DNA from: the human T2T-CHM13v2.0 reference genome, Homo sapiens
NCBI RefSeq assembly: GCF_009914755.1
Contig: NC_060930.1
DNA: 64,000 nt
Direction: 5' to 3' (one strand)
The translations under genes and the position numbers were made by a program. Under the pieces are notes generated by a model that was given only the letters and a program-made list of their open reading frames with translations, searched no databases and was not told where the DNA came from. Shown here piece after piece: positions 13,827 to 28,655 of this stretch. Every line of letters begins with the position of its first letter. Positions within the stretch are counted from its first letter, which is position 1.

Positions 13827-15186
13827 TAAGTTTACCTTTCTTTTTCATCATATTGAATATAAGCATATTCATGATATTAATTGGTAAACTGCTGTGCATT
13901 ATCTTTACTATTATTACTATAAATAAATTGGTGTTAATCAATTGTAAGTGAATATTCTAAATGAAATTCAATATCTAAACCAGGTCACAGAGCCATGAGG
14001 TCATCGCCAAAGCCCCTCTGGTAGTGGTCCACAGTCATAATCCCAATCATTCTGCCCATCTCCTCTACCCAGCACATATTTAGAGCTGTTGGACAGAAAG
14101 GACCTCCAAGGGAGGCCATGGCAGGGAGCTCATGGCCTTACAATGCATACAACTCCAGGCTGAACAGCTCCTGGTCTTAGAAGGCCCTCTTGACTCTGAG
14201 CCTCTATCTACCATCCTTTGACTTCCAGCCATGAACCTAGAGCTTCCATCTTGAGCAACACATAAAATCAGTCCCCCTCCATGTGAAGAGAACTACCATG
14301 TTCCCCATCAGTATCCTCTTCCAAATTAAATACATCAAATTGCATTAACTCCTCCTTATAAAACAGGATATCCTGACTCCTTCGCCATCCTGGTGAAACT
14401 TCTCTGGATACAAACTTCTCTGCATCTTCCCAAATGGATATACTATTCCAAACATCCTCTAAATTATTCTGTGTACAATGGAATTCACTCCTGTTATGAA
14501 TGAATGTTACCTATATAATTGTAACATAAATTTGCATGCATTGTATTGTTTGCTTGTTTTGAGAAGAGGTGTTTGTTTTGGAATCTTTATCTCATTCCAG
14601 GCTTATGTTGAGCTTGGTGCCTTATAGTTGGAATTAGCATGATTATATGAATAAATTTGTCTTTAAAATGTTCAGGAAATATCTTAACATTTTTACTTAA
14701 ATTCAGCATTCTTACATTCCTCAAGGTCAAAGAGAAAAGAACTACATAGGTCTTAATACTAAGTATTTTCAGAAAGGATGCCACAAATCTCTATAAAGAG
14801 TAAGGGACTTCTGAAAAATGATGCGTAGTCAAAGTAAAGATTATTTTTCATCTTCAAAATATATACTAGCTAAGTGTCTTGAAGGGGGACATTATAAGAA
14901 AATAGACTGACTAGGTCCTGTACCAACTGGTGATATCTCAAATAAGAAAGGTTTTAGCAAAACATGTGATAATCATAAGCTAATCTAAGCAAGAGATGCA
15001 GTTGGGGTGAGCTTTAAAAGTGTTTTATTCTCTCTCTAGCATGGTACCTGGAAGACAGTAAGCATTTTGGAATCAGGCCTTGTTTCAATGCCAGAGACAC
15101 ACCTGTGAATAAAGCAGACACAATTCTCTATCTACACACAGCTTACACCTGCACACATAAGTATGTATATGGTGATGGTAAGTGTC

Positions 15187-15559
15187 TGTCTTAGTCCATT
15201 CTCACACTGCTATAAGGACATACCTGAGACTGGGTAATTTATAAAGCGAAGAGGTTTAATTGACCCACTGTTCTGCATGGCTGGGAGGCCTCAGGTAACT
15301 TACAATCATGGTGGAAGGGGAAGTAAACACTTCCTTCTTCACAGGGTGGCAGGAGAGAGAAGTGACAGCAAAGGGGAGAAAAAGCCCCCTATAAAATCAT
15401 CAGATCTTGTGAGAATTCATTCATTATCATGAGAACAGCATGAGGGTAACCACCCCATGATTCAATTACCTCCCACCAGGTCCCTCCCGTGACATGTGGG
15501 CATTATGGGAACTATAATTCAAGATGAGATTTGGGTGGGGATACAGCCAAACCAGATCA
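15187..15559 (-). mobile_element. MST/THE1 solo LTR
   Basis: tg...ca termini with 5-bp TSD gtgtc at 15182-15186 and 15560-15564. Confidence 0.9.
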
Positions 15560-15635
15560 GTGTCAATGAATTCATAAAAGCAAAATTCAGAAATTCATGT
15601 TCCCCCTCATTTTCCATCAAAGAGAACAAACCAAG

Positions 15636-15934
15636 ACTAGGCATGGTGGCTCCCACCTCTAATCCCAACACTTTGGGAGGCTGAGATGGGAGGATCACTT
15701 GAGGCCAGGAATTTGAGACCAGCCTGGTCAGAAGAGCAAGACCTGTCTCTACAAAAATAATAAATTAGCCAGGCATAGTGGTGCACACCTGTAGTGCCAG
15801 CTACGCAGAAGGCTAAGGCAGGAGGATTGGTTGAGTCCTGGAGTTCAAGGCTGCAATGAGCCATGATTGTACCACTGCACTCCAGCCTGAGTGACAGAGC
15901 AAGACCCTCTCTCTAAAAAAAAAAAAAAAAAAAA
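15636..15934 (+). mobile_element. Alu (J-like)
   Basis: Dimer with A-tail. Confidence 0.9.
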
Positions 15935-16432
15935 GTATAATTATACTTTTTTTCAGGCACAATGCTGAAATAGAAATGTTTCATGGTTCATTGTCTTGAG
16001 GGATCATTGATGTTCTATGAATTAATTGGGCAAGAGAAAATATTTCAGGCTTCAAAATAAAATAAAGAATAAACATGACATCTTGGATTTGTTTACTTTA
16101 CAAAATAAGGTCGACATACTTAGTCATTTGTGCAGCTACCATAAAGGAGCCTAGGTAAGTAATGTATCTTTTAAAAATACACACATTTTATATTCTCTAA
16201 GTATTTAGTCATAGGGTTTTTTTCTAAAGTCTGCATTGTATAAAGAAGGAAATTGAGGCCAAAAGACATTAAAAGACTTGGCTAATGTGACTCAGTAAAT
16301 GAGGGTCATTGCAGGGGCTAGCTCTCCAGTCTCCCATGCTCAGTACGCTCTTTCTACTCACTCCAACTTCTACCTGTGACTTCAGACAGAGGAAAAAGAG
16401 ATGAGCAACTCTAATAAAATGCACAGATCATT

Positions 16433-17402
16433 CTTTTTTAATTTAATTTAATTTTTATTTTTCCATAAGTTATTGGGGTGCAGGTAATATCTGGTTACAT
16501 GAGTAAGTTTTTTAATGGTGATTTGTGAGATTTTGGTGCACCCATCTCCTGAGCAGTATACACTGCACCATATTTGTAGTCTTTTAACCCTCGCCTCCTT
16601 CCCACTCTTTTCCCCAAGTCCGCAAAGTCCATTGTATCATGCTTATGCCTCTGAGTCTTCATAGCTTAGCTCCCACATATCAGTGAGAATATATGCTGCT
16701 TGGTTTTCCATTCCTGAGTTACATCACTTAGAATAATAGTCCTCAATCTCATCCAGGTCACTGCAAATGCTGTTAATTCATTCCTTTTTATGGCTGCATA
16801 GTATTCCATATATATATATATATGGTTTTATATATATATATATATGTGATATGATTATCACATATATATAGATATATATGTATATATCATGGTTTCTTTA
16901 TCAATTTGTTGATTGATGGGCATTTGGATTGTCCCACAATTTTGCAATTGTGAATTGTGCTGCTATAAACATGTGTGTGGAAGTATCTTTTTCGAATAAT
17001 GACTTCTTTTTCTCTGGCTAGATATCCAGTAGTGGGATTGTTGTAGCAAATGGTAGTTCTACTTTTAGTTCTTCAAGGAATCTTCACAATGCTTTCCACA
17101 GTGGCTGTACTAGTTTACATTTCGACCAGCAGTGTAGAAGTGTTTCCTGTTCACCACATCCATGCCAACATCTATTGTTTTTTGATTTTTTGATTATGGT
17201 CATTCTTGCAGGAGTAGGGTGGTATCGCATTGTGGTTTTGATTTGCATTTCCCTGACCATTAGTGATGTTGAGCATTTTTTCAAATGTTTCTTGGCCATT
17301 TGTATATCTTCTTTTGAGAATTGTCTATTCATGTCCTTAGCCCACTTTTGGATGGGATTGTTTGCTTTTGTCTTACTGATTTGTTTGAGTTTGTTGTAGA
17401 TT
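16433..17402 (-). mobile_element. 5'-truncated L1 (L1PB-like 3' end)
   Basis: ORF2 C-terminal peptide ([23 protein letters not shown]), T-rich tail, 13-bp TSD tgcacagatcatt at 16420-16432 and 17403-17415; internal (TA)n. Confidence 0.93.
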
Positions 17403-18108
17403 TGCACAGATCATTTTAATATGTTTTTCTAAAACTCTAGATCTGAAATCAGGTGGAAAGAAACAAAAGTTGGAATTCTTACAGAAAAAACTTGCCCTAA
17501 GCACTATGAATCTAGTGCTCAACACAGCATATGGTAGATTAAATGGTCAAAAATCAGCAGAACTCAACAAAATGTTTTCATTCATTTCAAACTGATTATC
17601 ACCAGTATTAACAATTTAGGCAGACAGATTCCTGATGGCAGGCATGTGCCATTAATGAAAGAGAAATTAACATCAGTGATATTTTACCTTCCATCTGCTT
17701 TTTTAGTGACTGAATTTGATCATAATATTCAGTTCAAGTAGAAAATAACAGATGGGTATAAAAGTCCCACGTACATTACTTCTTGAAGAATATAGGAAAA
17801 CACATGTATTTTTTACACACTACTTCAATGGCTTTTGTCAAAACCAACCTGCTTTTAACTTAAATAGTCAAAAATATTTTCATCTTTCTTCAAATTTTAC
17901 TCTATCATCTGTTAAAACTAACTTTAAATCTTGGATCCAAACACCTATCCAGGCAATATTGGTCACAACATATGTTGATTATTTTAAAGTCTTATGACTG
18001 ATTTACTGACAACACTCTTACCAGGAATTCTGAAAAATGAGTAAATTCTTCAAAATGAGTTGTATTAGTTCTCACACTGCTAATAAAGACACACCCAAGA
18101 CTGAGTAA

Positions 18109-18294
<186 letters not shown>

Positions 18295-19030
18295 TAGACC
18301 AATAACAAGTTCTGAAATTGAGGTAGTAATTAATAGCCTACCAACCAAAAAAAGCCCATGACCACAGCCAAATTCTACCAGAGGCACAAAGAGGAGACAA
18401 TACCATTCCTTCTGAAACTATTCCAAACAATTGAAAAGAAGGGACTCCTCCCTAACTCATTTTATGAGGTCAGCGTCATCCTGATATCAAAACCTGGCAG
18501 AGACACACACACACACACACACAAAGAAAACTTCAGACCAATATCCCTGATGAACACTGATGCAAAAATCCTCAATAAAACACTGACAAACCAAATCCAG
18601 CAGCACATCAAAAAACTTATCCACCATGATCAAGCCGGCTTCATCCCTGGGATGCAAGGCTGGTTCAACATACACAAATCAATAAATGTAATCCATCACA
18701 TAAAAAGAACCGAAGACAAAAACCACATGATTATCTCAATAGATGCAGAAAAGGCCTTTGATAAACTTCAACATCCCTTCATGTTAAAAACCCTCAATAA
18801 ACTAGGTATTGATGGAACATATCTCAAAATAATAAGAGCTATGTATGACAAACCCACAGCCAATATCACATTGAATGGGCAAAAGCAGGAAGCTTTCCCT
18901 GTGAAAACCAGTACAAAACAAGGATGCCCTCTCTCACCACTCCTATTCAACATAGTGTTGGAAGTTCTGCCCAGGGCAATCAGGCAAGAGAAAAAAAGAA
19001 AGTGTACTCAGATAAGAAGAGAGGAAGTCA

Positions 19031-19320
19031 GGCCGGGCACGTTGGCCCATGCCTGTAATCTCAGCACTTTGGGAGGCCGTGGCAGGAGGATCACGAGGTC
19101 AGGAGTTCAAGAACAGCCTGACAAGATGGTGAAACCCTGTCTCTACCTAAAATACAAAAAAATTAGCCAGCCATGGTGGCAGGCACCTGTAATCCCAGCT
19201 ACTCAAGAGTCTGAGGCAGAGAATTGCTTGAACCCAGGAGGCGGAGATTGCAGTGAGCCGAGATCACGCCACTGCACTCCAGCCTGGGCAACAGAGTGAG
19301 ACTCCATCTCAAAAAAAAAA
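19031..19320 (+). mobile_element. Alu inserted in L1
   Basis: Full Alu interrupting ORF2. Confidence 0.95.
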
Positions 19321-19717
19321 GAAAGATGAAATCAAATTGTCTCTGTTTGCAGACAACATTATTTTATATTTAGAAAACCCCATCATCTCAGCCCAAAAAC
19401 TCCTTAAGCTGATAAGCAACTTCAGCAAAGCCTCAGGATACAAAATCAATGTCCAAAACTCACAAGCATTTCTTTACACCAACAATAAGCAAGCAGAGAG
19501 CCAAATTATGAATGAACTCCCATTCACGATTGCTATAAAGAGAATAAAATACCAAGGAATACAGCTACAAGGGATGTGAAGGACCTCTTCAAGGTCCTCT
19601 CTTATTTCCAAACCACTGCTCAAGGAAATAAGAGAGGACACAAATGGAAAAAATTCTATCCTCACGGATAGGAAGAATCAATATTGTGAAAATGGCCATA
19701 CTGCCCGAAGTAATTTA

Positions 19718-20122
<405 letters not shown>

Positions 20123-22511
20123 TCAAAGAAGATCCTGTATACCCAAGACAATCCTAAGCAAAAAGAACAAAGCTAGAGGCATCACGCTACCTGCCTTCAA
20201 AGTATACAAGGCTACAGTAACCAAAACAGCATGGTACTCATCCCAAAACAGACATATAGACCAATGGAACAGAACAGAGGCCTCAGAAATAACACCACAC
20301 ATCTCCAACCATCTGATCTTCGACAAACTTGATAAAAACAAGCAATGGGGAAAGGATTCCCTACTCAATAAATGGTGCTGGGAAAACTGGTTAGCCATAT
20401 GCAGAAAACTGAAACTGGACCCCTTCCTTATACCTTATACAAAAATTAACTCAAGATGGATTAAAGACTTAAATGTAAAACCCAAAACCATAAAAACCCT
20501 AGAAGAAAACCTAGGCAATGCCATTCAGGACATAGGCATGGGCAAAGACTTCATGACTAAAATGCTGAAAGCAATTGCAACAAAAGCCAAAATTGACAAA
20601 CGGTTTCTAATTAAACTGAAGAGCTTCTGCAGAGCAAAAGAAACTATCATCAGAGTGAACAGGCAACCTACAGAATGGGAGAAAATTTTTGCAATCTACC
20701 CATCTGACAAAGATCTAATAGTCAGAATTTATAAGGAACTTCAACAAATTTACAAGAAAAAAATCAAACAACCCCATCAAAAAGTGGGCAAAGGATATGA
20801 ACAGACACTTCTCAAAAGAAGACATTTACACAGCCAACAAACATATGAAAGAAAGCTCAACATCACTGATCATTAGAGAAATGCAAATCAAAACCACAAT
20901 GAAATAACAATCTCACGCCAGTCAGCATGGTGATTATTAAAAAGTCAAGAAACAGATGCTGGCGAGGCTGTGGAGAAACAGGAATGCTTTTACACTGTTG
21001 GTGGGAATGTAAATTAGTTCAACCATTGTGGAAGACAGTACAGTGATTCCTCAAGGATCTAGAACCAGAAATACCATTTGACTCAGCAATCTCATTACTG
21101 AGTATATACCCAAAGGAATATAAATCATTCTACTATGAAAACACATGCACATGTATGTTTATTGCAGCACTATTTACAATAGCAAAGTCATGGAACCAAC
21201 CCAAATGCCCATCAATGATGGACTGAATAAAGAAAATGTGGTCCATATACACGATGGAATACTATGCAGCCATAAAAAGGAATAAGATCATGTCATTTGC
21301 AGGAGCTTGGAAGAAGCTAGAAGTCATCATCCTCAGCAAACTAACACAGGAACAGAAATCCAAACACCACATATTCTCACTCGTAACTGGGAATTGAGCA
21401 ATGAGAGCACATGGACACAGGTAGGAGAACAACACACACCAGGGCCCGTTGCGGGATGGGGAAAAAGAAGAGGGAACTTAAAGGATGGGTCCATAGGTGC
21501 AGCAAACCACCATGGCACACGTATACCTATGTGACAAACCTGCACTTTCTGCACATATATCCCGGAACTTAAAGTAAAATAAAATAGATAAATAAATAAA
21601 TAAAATTAGATTAAATTTTAAAAAAGAAGAGGTTTAATGGACTCACAGTTCCACATGGCTGGGGAGGCCTCACAATCATGGTGGAAGCCAAAGGAGGAGC
21701 AAAGGCATGTCTTATATGGTGGCAGGCAAGAGAGTAGGTGCAGGGAAACTGCCCTTTATAAAACCAGCAGATCACATGAGACTTACTCACTGTCACAAGA
21801 ACAGCACGGGAAAACCCCACCCCCATGACTCAATTACCTCTCACCAGGTCCCCCCCCACGACACTTGGGGATCCAGCAGACACCACCACCACTTCATCCC
21901 ACTTCAAATGTGGTCTCCCATGCTCGAGAAGCAGTACTCACCTTCTGGTCTGCAAAGCGCCATCCTGGCATAATTTGCCTTGGCATTTGTCTTTTAACGA
22001 GTATTTTAAACGATCTTTTAAACGAATATAATATCTTTGGAAGCCCTTATTTGCATGTATTAGTTATGATATACCTAATAAACATTCCACCACTCTAATT
22101 TACCAATCTTTACCAGTTATAAAAGCAGAAACTATAATCATGTCTTTCAAAATAAGCCTTGGGCTGTTTTGTAGCAGTGAAATCGATAGTTGTACTTAAC
22201 CTAAAGAACCTGTGAGAATCCCACTGCAGTGTTGAAATTTAACAATTAAGCAATACTATCCCTGGCTTTCATCATTGAATTTCACAAAATATGTTATTTG
22301 CTGGGAAAACAGTTGAATCGGCCTGATGACGTGAATAATCTCAGGCCTGACAAGGATATAGCTGTATTATAATTCCTTAGTGTCCTTAAATGTAAGCTAC
22401 TTTTGCAATTAATACTAAATCTAACCTCGCTTTTTCCGTAATTTCTATAATTTCATCTGAACGTAGTAACAGGTTAGCAGGGGGCCACCAGCCTGGGCGC
22501 TCTCGGTGTTA

Positions 22512-22546
22512 TACTGTCCTCTCGTGGTAAATATGGAGAACTGCAG
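22512..22546 (-). promoter_or_regulatory. Candidate CTCF site (core plus upstream motif)
   Basis: Minus strand reads CTGCAGTTCTCC-ATATTTA-CCACGAGAGGACAG; motif resemblance only. Confidence 0.5.
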
Positions 22547-24377
22547 CCTGACGGCTTTTTCCTCTTTCAGTTTCCTGTTCCATTATTTTGCCGTGCTATA
22601 CATATCCTTGTAAACTGCCTTAAATTCTTTCTAGGACACAGCAAAATCTAAAATAAATAGATAAACAAATGTATAAGATGAGAACTGTTGACTAGGAGCT
22701 TAAAACATGGGTTGGAAAACCCATCTGCTTGGGTTCAAATCCCAGCTCTTAAAGCCCAGCACAGTGGCACGCACCTGTAGTCCCAGCTTCTTGGAAGGTT
22801 GAGGCAGAAGAATGGCTCAGGTTCAGGGGAAAAATAAAAAATGAAAATTCCAGCTCTGCCACTTAATCAGCTGTGAGAACCTGGGTTATCTACTGGGGTG
22901 GAGATAGTCTCTCTCTATGCCTAGCTCCTCATCTGTAGAATGAAGATAACAATAGCCTGCATTGCATAGTGCTGATATACCTCCATGGCAAGCACTAGGA
23001 ACAGAACTACTACTCCTTCTCAAAAACAAACAAAAAACAAAAAACCAAAGTGAGAGCTTTATCACCTAAAAGGTCAATTACAGCTTATTCTTAAATACAG
23101 TGGAACAGAAGTTCTCTGGGACCTACAGACCACTTCCCCACTGTGTCCAAATTGGACACAGAGTGCAGAAAACTGAAACTGCAACCCAGCTGAGCTGTGA
23201 TTGTGTCTTTTTTCACTGGAAGAAGTAAATCATAGAATGTTAGTGTTGTACATTGGACTTTGGAGCACATTCCGTTTGGCCTCCTCATTTTACAGTTGAG
23301 GAGTTTGAGGCCCAGAGAAGTGATAACTCAGTTCTCCCGATGCATTTCCATGATGCGATCACTGCTTCATGCTCTGAGTCCTTGTAAACACAGGAATTTC
23401 CAGGAAGAGGAAAGGGCAAAGCTGTGATCAACCAGCCATAGTTTTCCCAGCCCTAGTTTTCCCCATGCAGCTGCAGAAGTCACCGTGGAATGACCCACGA
23501 GCAAGGCCACAGGCACAGACACTTCGGGAGCTGACAGGAATAGATCTTTAGAGACAGGAAGGCTTTCCTACCCAACCCCACCATCAATTTTTTAAAAGCA
23601 AGCATTTCCCACAAGGTAAATATAAGAACTAGTCTGGTCAAAGGATAACAAGGCAGTAGGTACTGGAAATTCCGGACAATTTGTACTACTCAAGCTAACT
23701 GCAATGCAAGACAGGCTCTGGAACTTAAGGCAAAGCTATTATGTCCGGCTCTGCCACAATTTTAGAATCCGCGTCCCCTGTAGTGGACTGTGATGCACCA
23801 CCATGTTCTGTCCTCAACAGAGGTTGTCCTCTGACAACCCTCTCTGAAAACTGCCCTCAGCTCAAGAAGGTTGCTTTGTTCAAGGTCAAGCCCCCCAGTA
23901 CTTAGTCAACGAGAAAGTGTAGAGACTCAGCACTCCCAGAGTGATGGGGGACCACTCCAGAGCCCCTGGGGTTCTGCTGAGGCCCTGCTGAGATTGCATC
24001 ACAGCCCAGCTGCCCCCTCACCTGAGTATTATCCTGAGGACACGCCCAGAGAGATGTCCTGCACATTCATCTCTACTCAGAGCCTGCTTGCCAGAGAAAC
24101 CAAATCAACAGCCCTTTTCTGATATAAAATCTCACACGTCACTCTTCTTGACCTGTTCGGGTTTTGTGGGGTTTTTTGTTTGTTTTTGTTTGGTTGGTTG
24201 GTTTTTTTGAGGGGAAGAGGATCAATTTAAAATAAATCCATTGTATACTTAGCCTCTCCAATCTGAGAAGAGAGTGTGCTTTATATCTGGCAAAACCTGT
24301 TTAAAATGCTGTTTCCCGATTGCTACCACCTAAATTATCCTCCGTGTAAATGGCTGTTTCTCCCCAAACCTAATTCC

Positions 24378-24740
24378 AATGGATGGAACGTTTCTGTTCC
24401 CCCAAAATTCACACGTTGAAATCCTAACTCCCAAGGTGATCGTATTTAGGAGGTGAGGCTTTTGGGAGATGATTAGGTCAAGAGGGCGGAGTCCTCGTGA
24501 TTGCGATTAGTGCCCTTGTAAAAAACCCCAGAGAGCTCTCTCACCCCTTCAGCTACGTGAAGACACAGCAAGAAGATGGCTAGGCCTTCTATGAACCAGG
24601 AAGCAGGCCCACCCCCAGACACCAAATCTGCCAGCACCTTGATCTTGGGCTTCCCAGCCTCCAGAACTGTGAGAAATAAATTTCTGTTGTTTATAAGCCC
24701 CTCTGTTTACGGTATTTTGTTATAGGAACCTTAATGGACT
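24378..24740 (+). mobile_element. MLT1A/B-like LTR
   Basis: ccccaaaattcacacgttgaaatcctaac...ccagcctccagaactgtgagaaataaatttctgttgtttataagcc. Confidence 0.85.
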
Positions 24741-25850
24741 GTTGGAAATTTTTATTTAGATTTCATAATTAAAACACAAATACATAGTCATTATAAAAGT
24801 ATGACCTTTTGATCCGCCATCCCCAGGGGGCCCATGCCACTGTTTCCAATCTGGGTCCTCTCCAGATTTTGATACACACTCCTAGGTAGTCACGTCTCCC
24901 CTCCCTGCTTTGAAAACCACTACCATCTGCATATCAACCAGTCAAGATTTTGAACATTAACTTCTTGCAGTCTATATTATAAAACCCTTTTTAAAATTTT
25001 TCCAAATATAAAATACTATTAGAATGTTTTGTGAAACATCCTTGCTCAAACACCTTAGTTTGAGGGCACTAACTAACACCCAGTTTGGAGGGAAATGAAA
25101 CCCACTCAAAGGCATTTGAGGAAGTGGGAGAAGGGACTTCTCCAGGGCAAGCAAGAGAAGTGTTTCAGAGTCAGGAAAGGAAGCTATTAACGTAACTTGC
25201 AAGAGAAAGCTGCAGCATTTACAGTAATTTCATCGAATTTTAAAGTAATCAAATCTGAATTTTATAACATTTGGCATGAGGTCATTTATGTATAGGCTCA
25301 TGAGGAAGGCCTAAACTGAATCCCCAATCCTCAAGAATTCTAAAGTGAACACAACAGTTACCGGGAGCCCAAAATTAGGCCACTGCAGATTTTAGGGCAT
25401 ATGGTCATGTCCTCCCAGATACCAGGAGTTATACTTCGAAACACAGGGAAGCATAAAGTCAACTCAATTCTAATGCATCACTGGTGTTGAAATGTGCTTT
25501 GGGAAGGCAGGAAATCCATTCTAACGAAGAGCAAAAAAGCCCACCAAAAAGCCAACTTGGGGTTTGTCAAGAAATGATATACTTCACTTGGCAGAGGATA
25601 GTATCTTCCAAAGATTCCTGCTGGTTGTTGAAGGATTGTTGATTACACATTTTTGAACAAGGAAACTAGAACACTGAAAATGCAAGCCTACCTACTTGGG
25701 AAATAAAAAAAGTTATTTCAAGAGAAAACAAACTCTTATTACAAGGATAATGAGAAAAGTCAGCGTGGGGAAAACGTTTAAGAGGGGCAGGAACAACAGC
25801 AAGAACAAAAACTATTGGTAGCTAGATAAGAAATGTCAAAAACAATCACA

Positions 25851-26151
25851 GGCTGGGTGCAGTGGCTCATGCCAGTAATCCCACCACTTTGGGAGGCTGA
25901 GGTGGGTGGATCACTTAAACCCAGGAATTTGAGACTAGCCTGGGCAACATGGTGAAACCCCGTCTCTACAAAAAATACAAAACGTAGCCAGGCATGATGG
26001 CATGTGCCTGTAGTCCCAGCTACTCAGGAGGCTGAGGTGTGAGGATCACTTAAGCCCAGGAATTGGAGGCTGCAGTGAGCCATCACTGTACCACTGCACT
26101 CCAGCCTGGGCAACAGAGCAAGACCCTGTCTCCAAGAAAAAAAAAAAAAAA
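25851..26151 (+). mobile_element. Alu (J-like)
   Basis: Dimer with A-tail. Confidence 0.93.
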
Positions 26152-26198
26152 TCACAGAAGGAATAACAAATAACAGGCAGGCATTGAAACTACACTAC

Positions 26199-26490
26199 GA
26201 CAGGTGCAGCAACTCATGCTTATAATCCTAGCACTTTGGGAGGCCAAGGCAGGAGGATCACTTGAGGCCAGGAGTTCAAGACCAGCCTAGGCAACGTGAG
26301 ACCCTGTCTCTACAAATTAGCCAGGATGGTGGTACACACTTATATTCCAGCTACTTCAGAGGCTGAGGGAGGAAGAGCGCTTGAACCCAGGAATTTGAGC
26401 TTGCAGTGAGCCATGACTGAGCCACTCACCCCATCCTGAGCAACAGAGTGAGACCTTATCTCTAAAAAAAAAAAAAAAAAAAAAAAAAAA
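26199..26490 (+). mobile_element. Alu (J-like)
   Basis: Degenerate dimer with long A-tail. Confidence 0.88.
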
Positions 26491-26604
26491 TTACACTACT
26501 ATACTTGCTGTATCATTACAAATGCTTTTGGCTGCATGTGACAGAAAACACACGGGGCATATTTTTCTCATATATCTTTCTTTAAGAAGTCTGCAAACAG
26601 GACT

Positions 26605-26798
26605 TGTTGATGTTGGTTCAACAGCTCAGTGATGTCATCTCTGTGATTCTAACCCTTTTCTTCATGGTCATAACTGCCACACAGCCACTCCTAACTGGAG
26701 CTGTTGATGTTGGTTCAACAGCTCAGTGATGTCATCTCTGTGATTCTAACCCTTTTCTTCATGGTCATAACTGCCACACAGCCACTCCTAGCTGGGGC
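26605..26798. repeat. Tandem duplication, 2 x 97 bp
   Basis: Copies start at 26605 and 26702; only 2 mismatches, both in the last 8 bp. Confidence 0.95.
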
Positions 26799-27155
26799 TA
26801 GGCAAGCAACTCTCTACCACAACAACAAGAAAACTGTAGGAAACCTGGGCTTTGCTGAAAGTGAAGAGCTTGGCAAAATGGGTGGGGCTGAGTCCATTCC
26901 AGTGGTGACCTCAGCTCCCTGGCTGTTGCACACAGTCTGAAAGGTCCAGGGAAACATGTAAATTTCCATATCACATTAGTATGTGGGAGAAGAGGGACAA
27001 AATATCTGTTGCAAACTTATGTTTCATTTCTATTATCCAAGAAACTCTACCTATGGCATTCCTCACAAAAAACAACAACAAAAAAAGGTCAGACTATGTG
27101 GTGAGAAAACATGAATTTTGGTTGCTACAAAACACAAGCAAGTTCAAAAAGAATG

Positions 27156-27161
27156 TTTATT
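27156..27161 (-). terminator. MTFR2: MTFR2 polyadenylation signal AATAAA
   Basis: tttatt on the plus strand about 220 nt past the stop, with G/U-rich sequence downstream on the minus strand. Confidence 0.8.
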
Positions 27162-27383
27162 TTAAGCTCTATGTACAGAAGAACAGAGTATAAACGTAAA
27201 AAGGAACAAAGGAAACAAAAATGACAGGCATACATATTTACATAGCAAGTGTAGGCAAAATGTGTCAAGAAGAGTCTTTAAATACATCTACTTTTAGCCT
27301 TTAACAGTCCAAATCAGTTTCTAAGAATAATTTATCATCCAGGAAGAAGTTTTGGAAGTTTAAAGCTCAACCTTAAGTTGAGT

Positions 27384-27515
<132 letters not shown>

Positions 27516-28291
27516 TTAACACAGAAATTATTCTAATGTCAAAAAAAAAAAAGAATGGCAAGACAAAGGCCAGATGACCCTCTGAGGTTTCATTCACAAT
27601 ATTTATTTACCGTATTTATTACTATAATACATAGTTATTTGGCTATGTATCAGGTACTACGCTCAGAGCCAAGGACAAAAGTGAACGAGACACTCTCAGC
27701 GGCACAGACTGAGCTCTTAGGCAACTAAAATTTGAGTCCCTATGTGCCCAGCCTGAAATTAAGTGCTAAAAACTATGTAAAAAAAAAAAAAAAAAAAAAA
27801 GAAGATTATCTAAAATACTTGTAATTGGCTGGAAAAAGTGCTAAGAGACACTGAACTAATAGCAAGCAGTAAATGACAACCTAGAAACACTTCGTTTATC
27901 CACTATCACTGGGAAACAGTGTGTTCCACCTACGGGAACTTCTTACATAAATGCATCCTCAAATTTTCAAACATCCTCAAATTTTAAGAAACCAAGTTCT
28001 AGTCTCTGCTCTGCCCCTTAGATATGGGATTATAGGCACTACAGGGATCATTTCCCTCACATTTTCGGGGGAAAAGGGATTGCTGCTGTGAAGATCTAGT
28101 GAGATGAGTAAAAAAGGTACTTTGCAAGTTACAAACTGCTCTACAAATGTTAAAATTAAACATTTATTTTAGACACACTTGCATTTTTATAGTAATAGTT
28201 CTAAAGTGTCTTCTTAAATAGTTAAAAGAATATAATTTTCTAAGTCAACATGCTAAACATCAGATATATACACACACACACACAATGGTGA

Positions 28292-28655
<364 letters not shown>

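Noticed and set aside
18358-19299. 313-aa reverse transcriptase ORF as an active or novel RT system
   Set aside because: It is a fragment of a 5'-truncated L1 ORF2 that runs into an Alu; the catalytic motif is separated and mutated
22040-22200. U6-type Pol III gene (octamer plus TATA)
   Set aside because: No recognisable PSE, wrong spacing, and no small-RNA body
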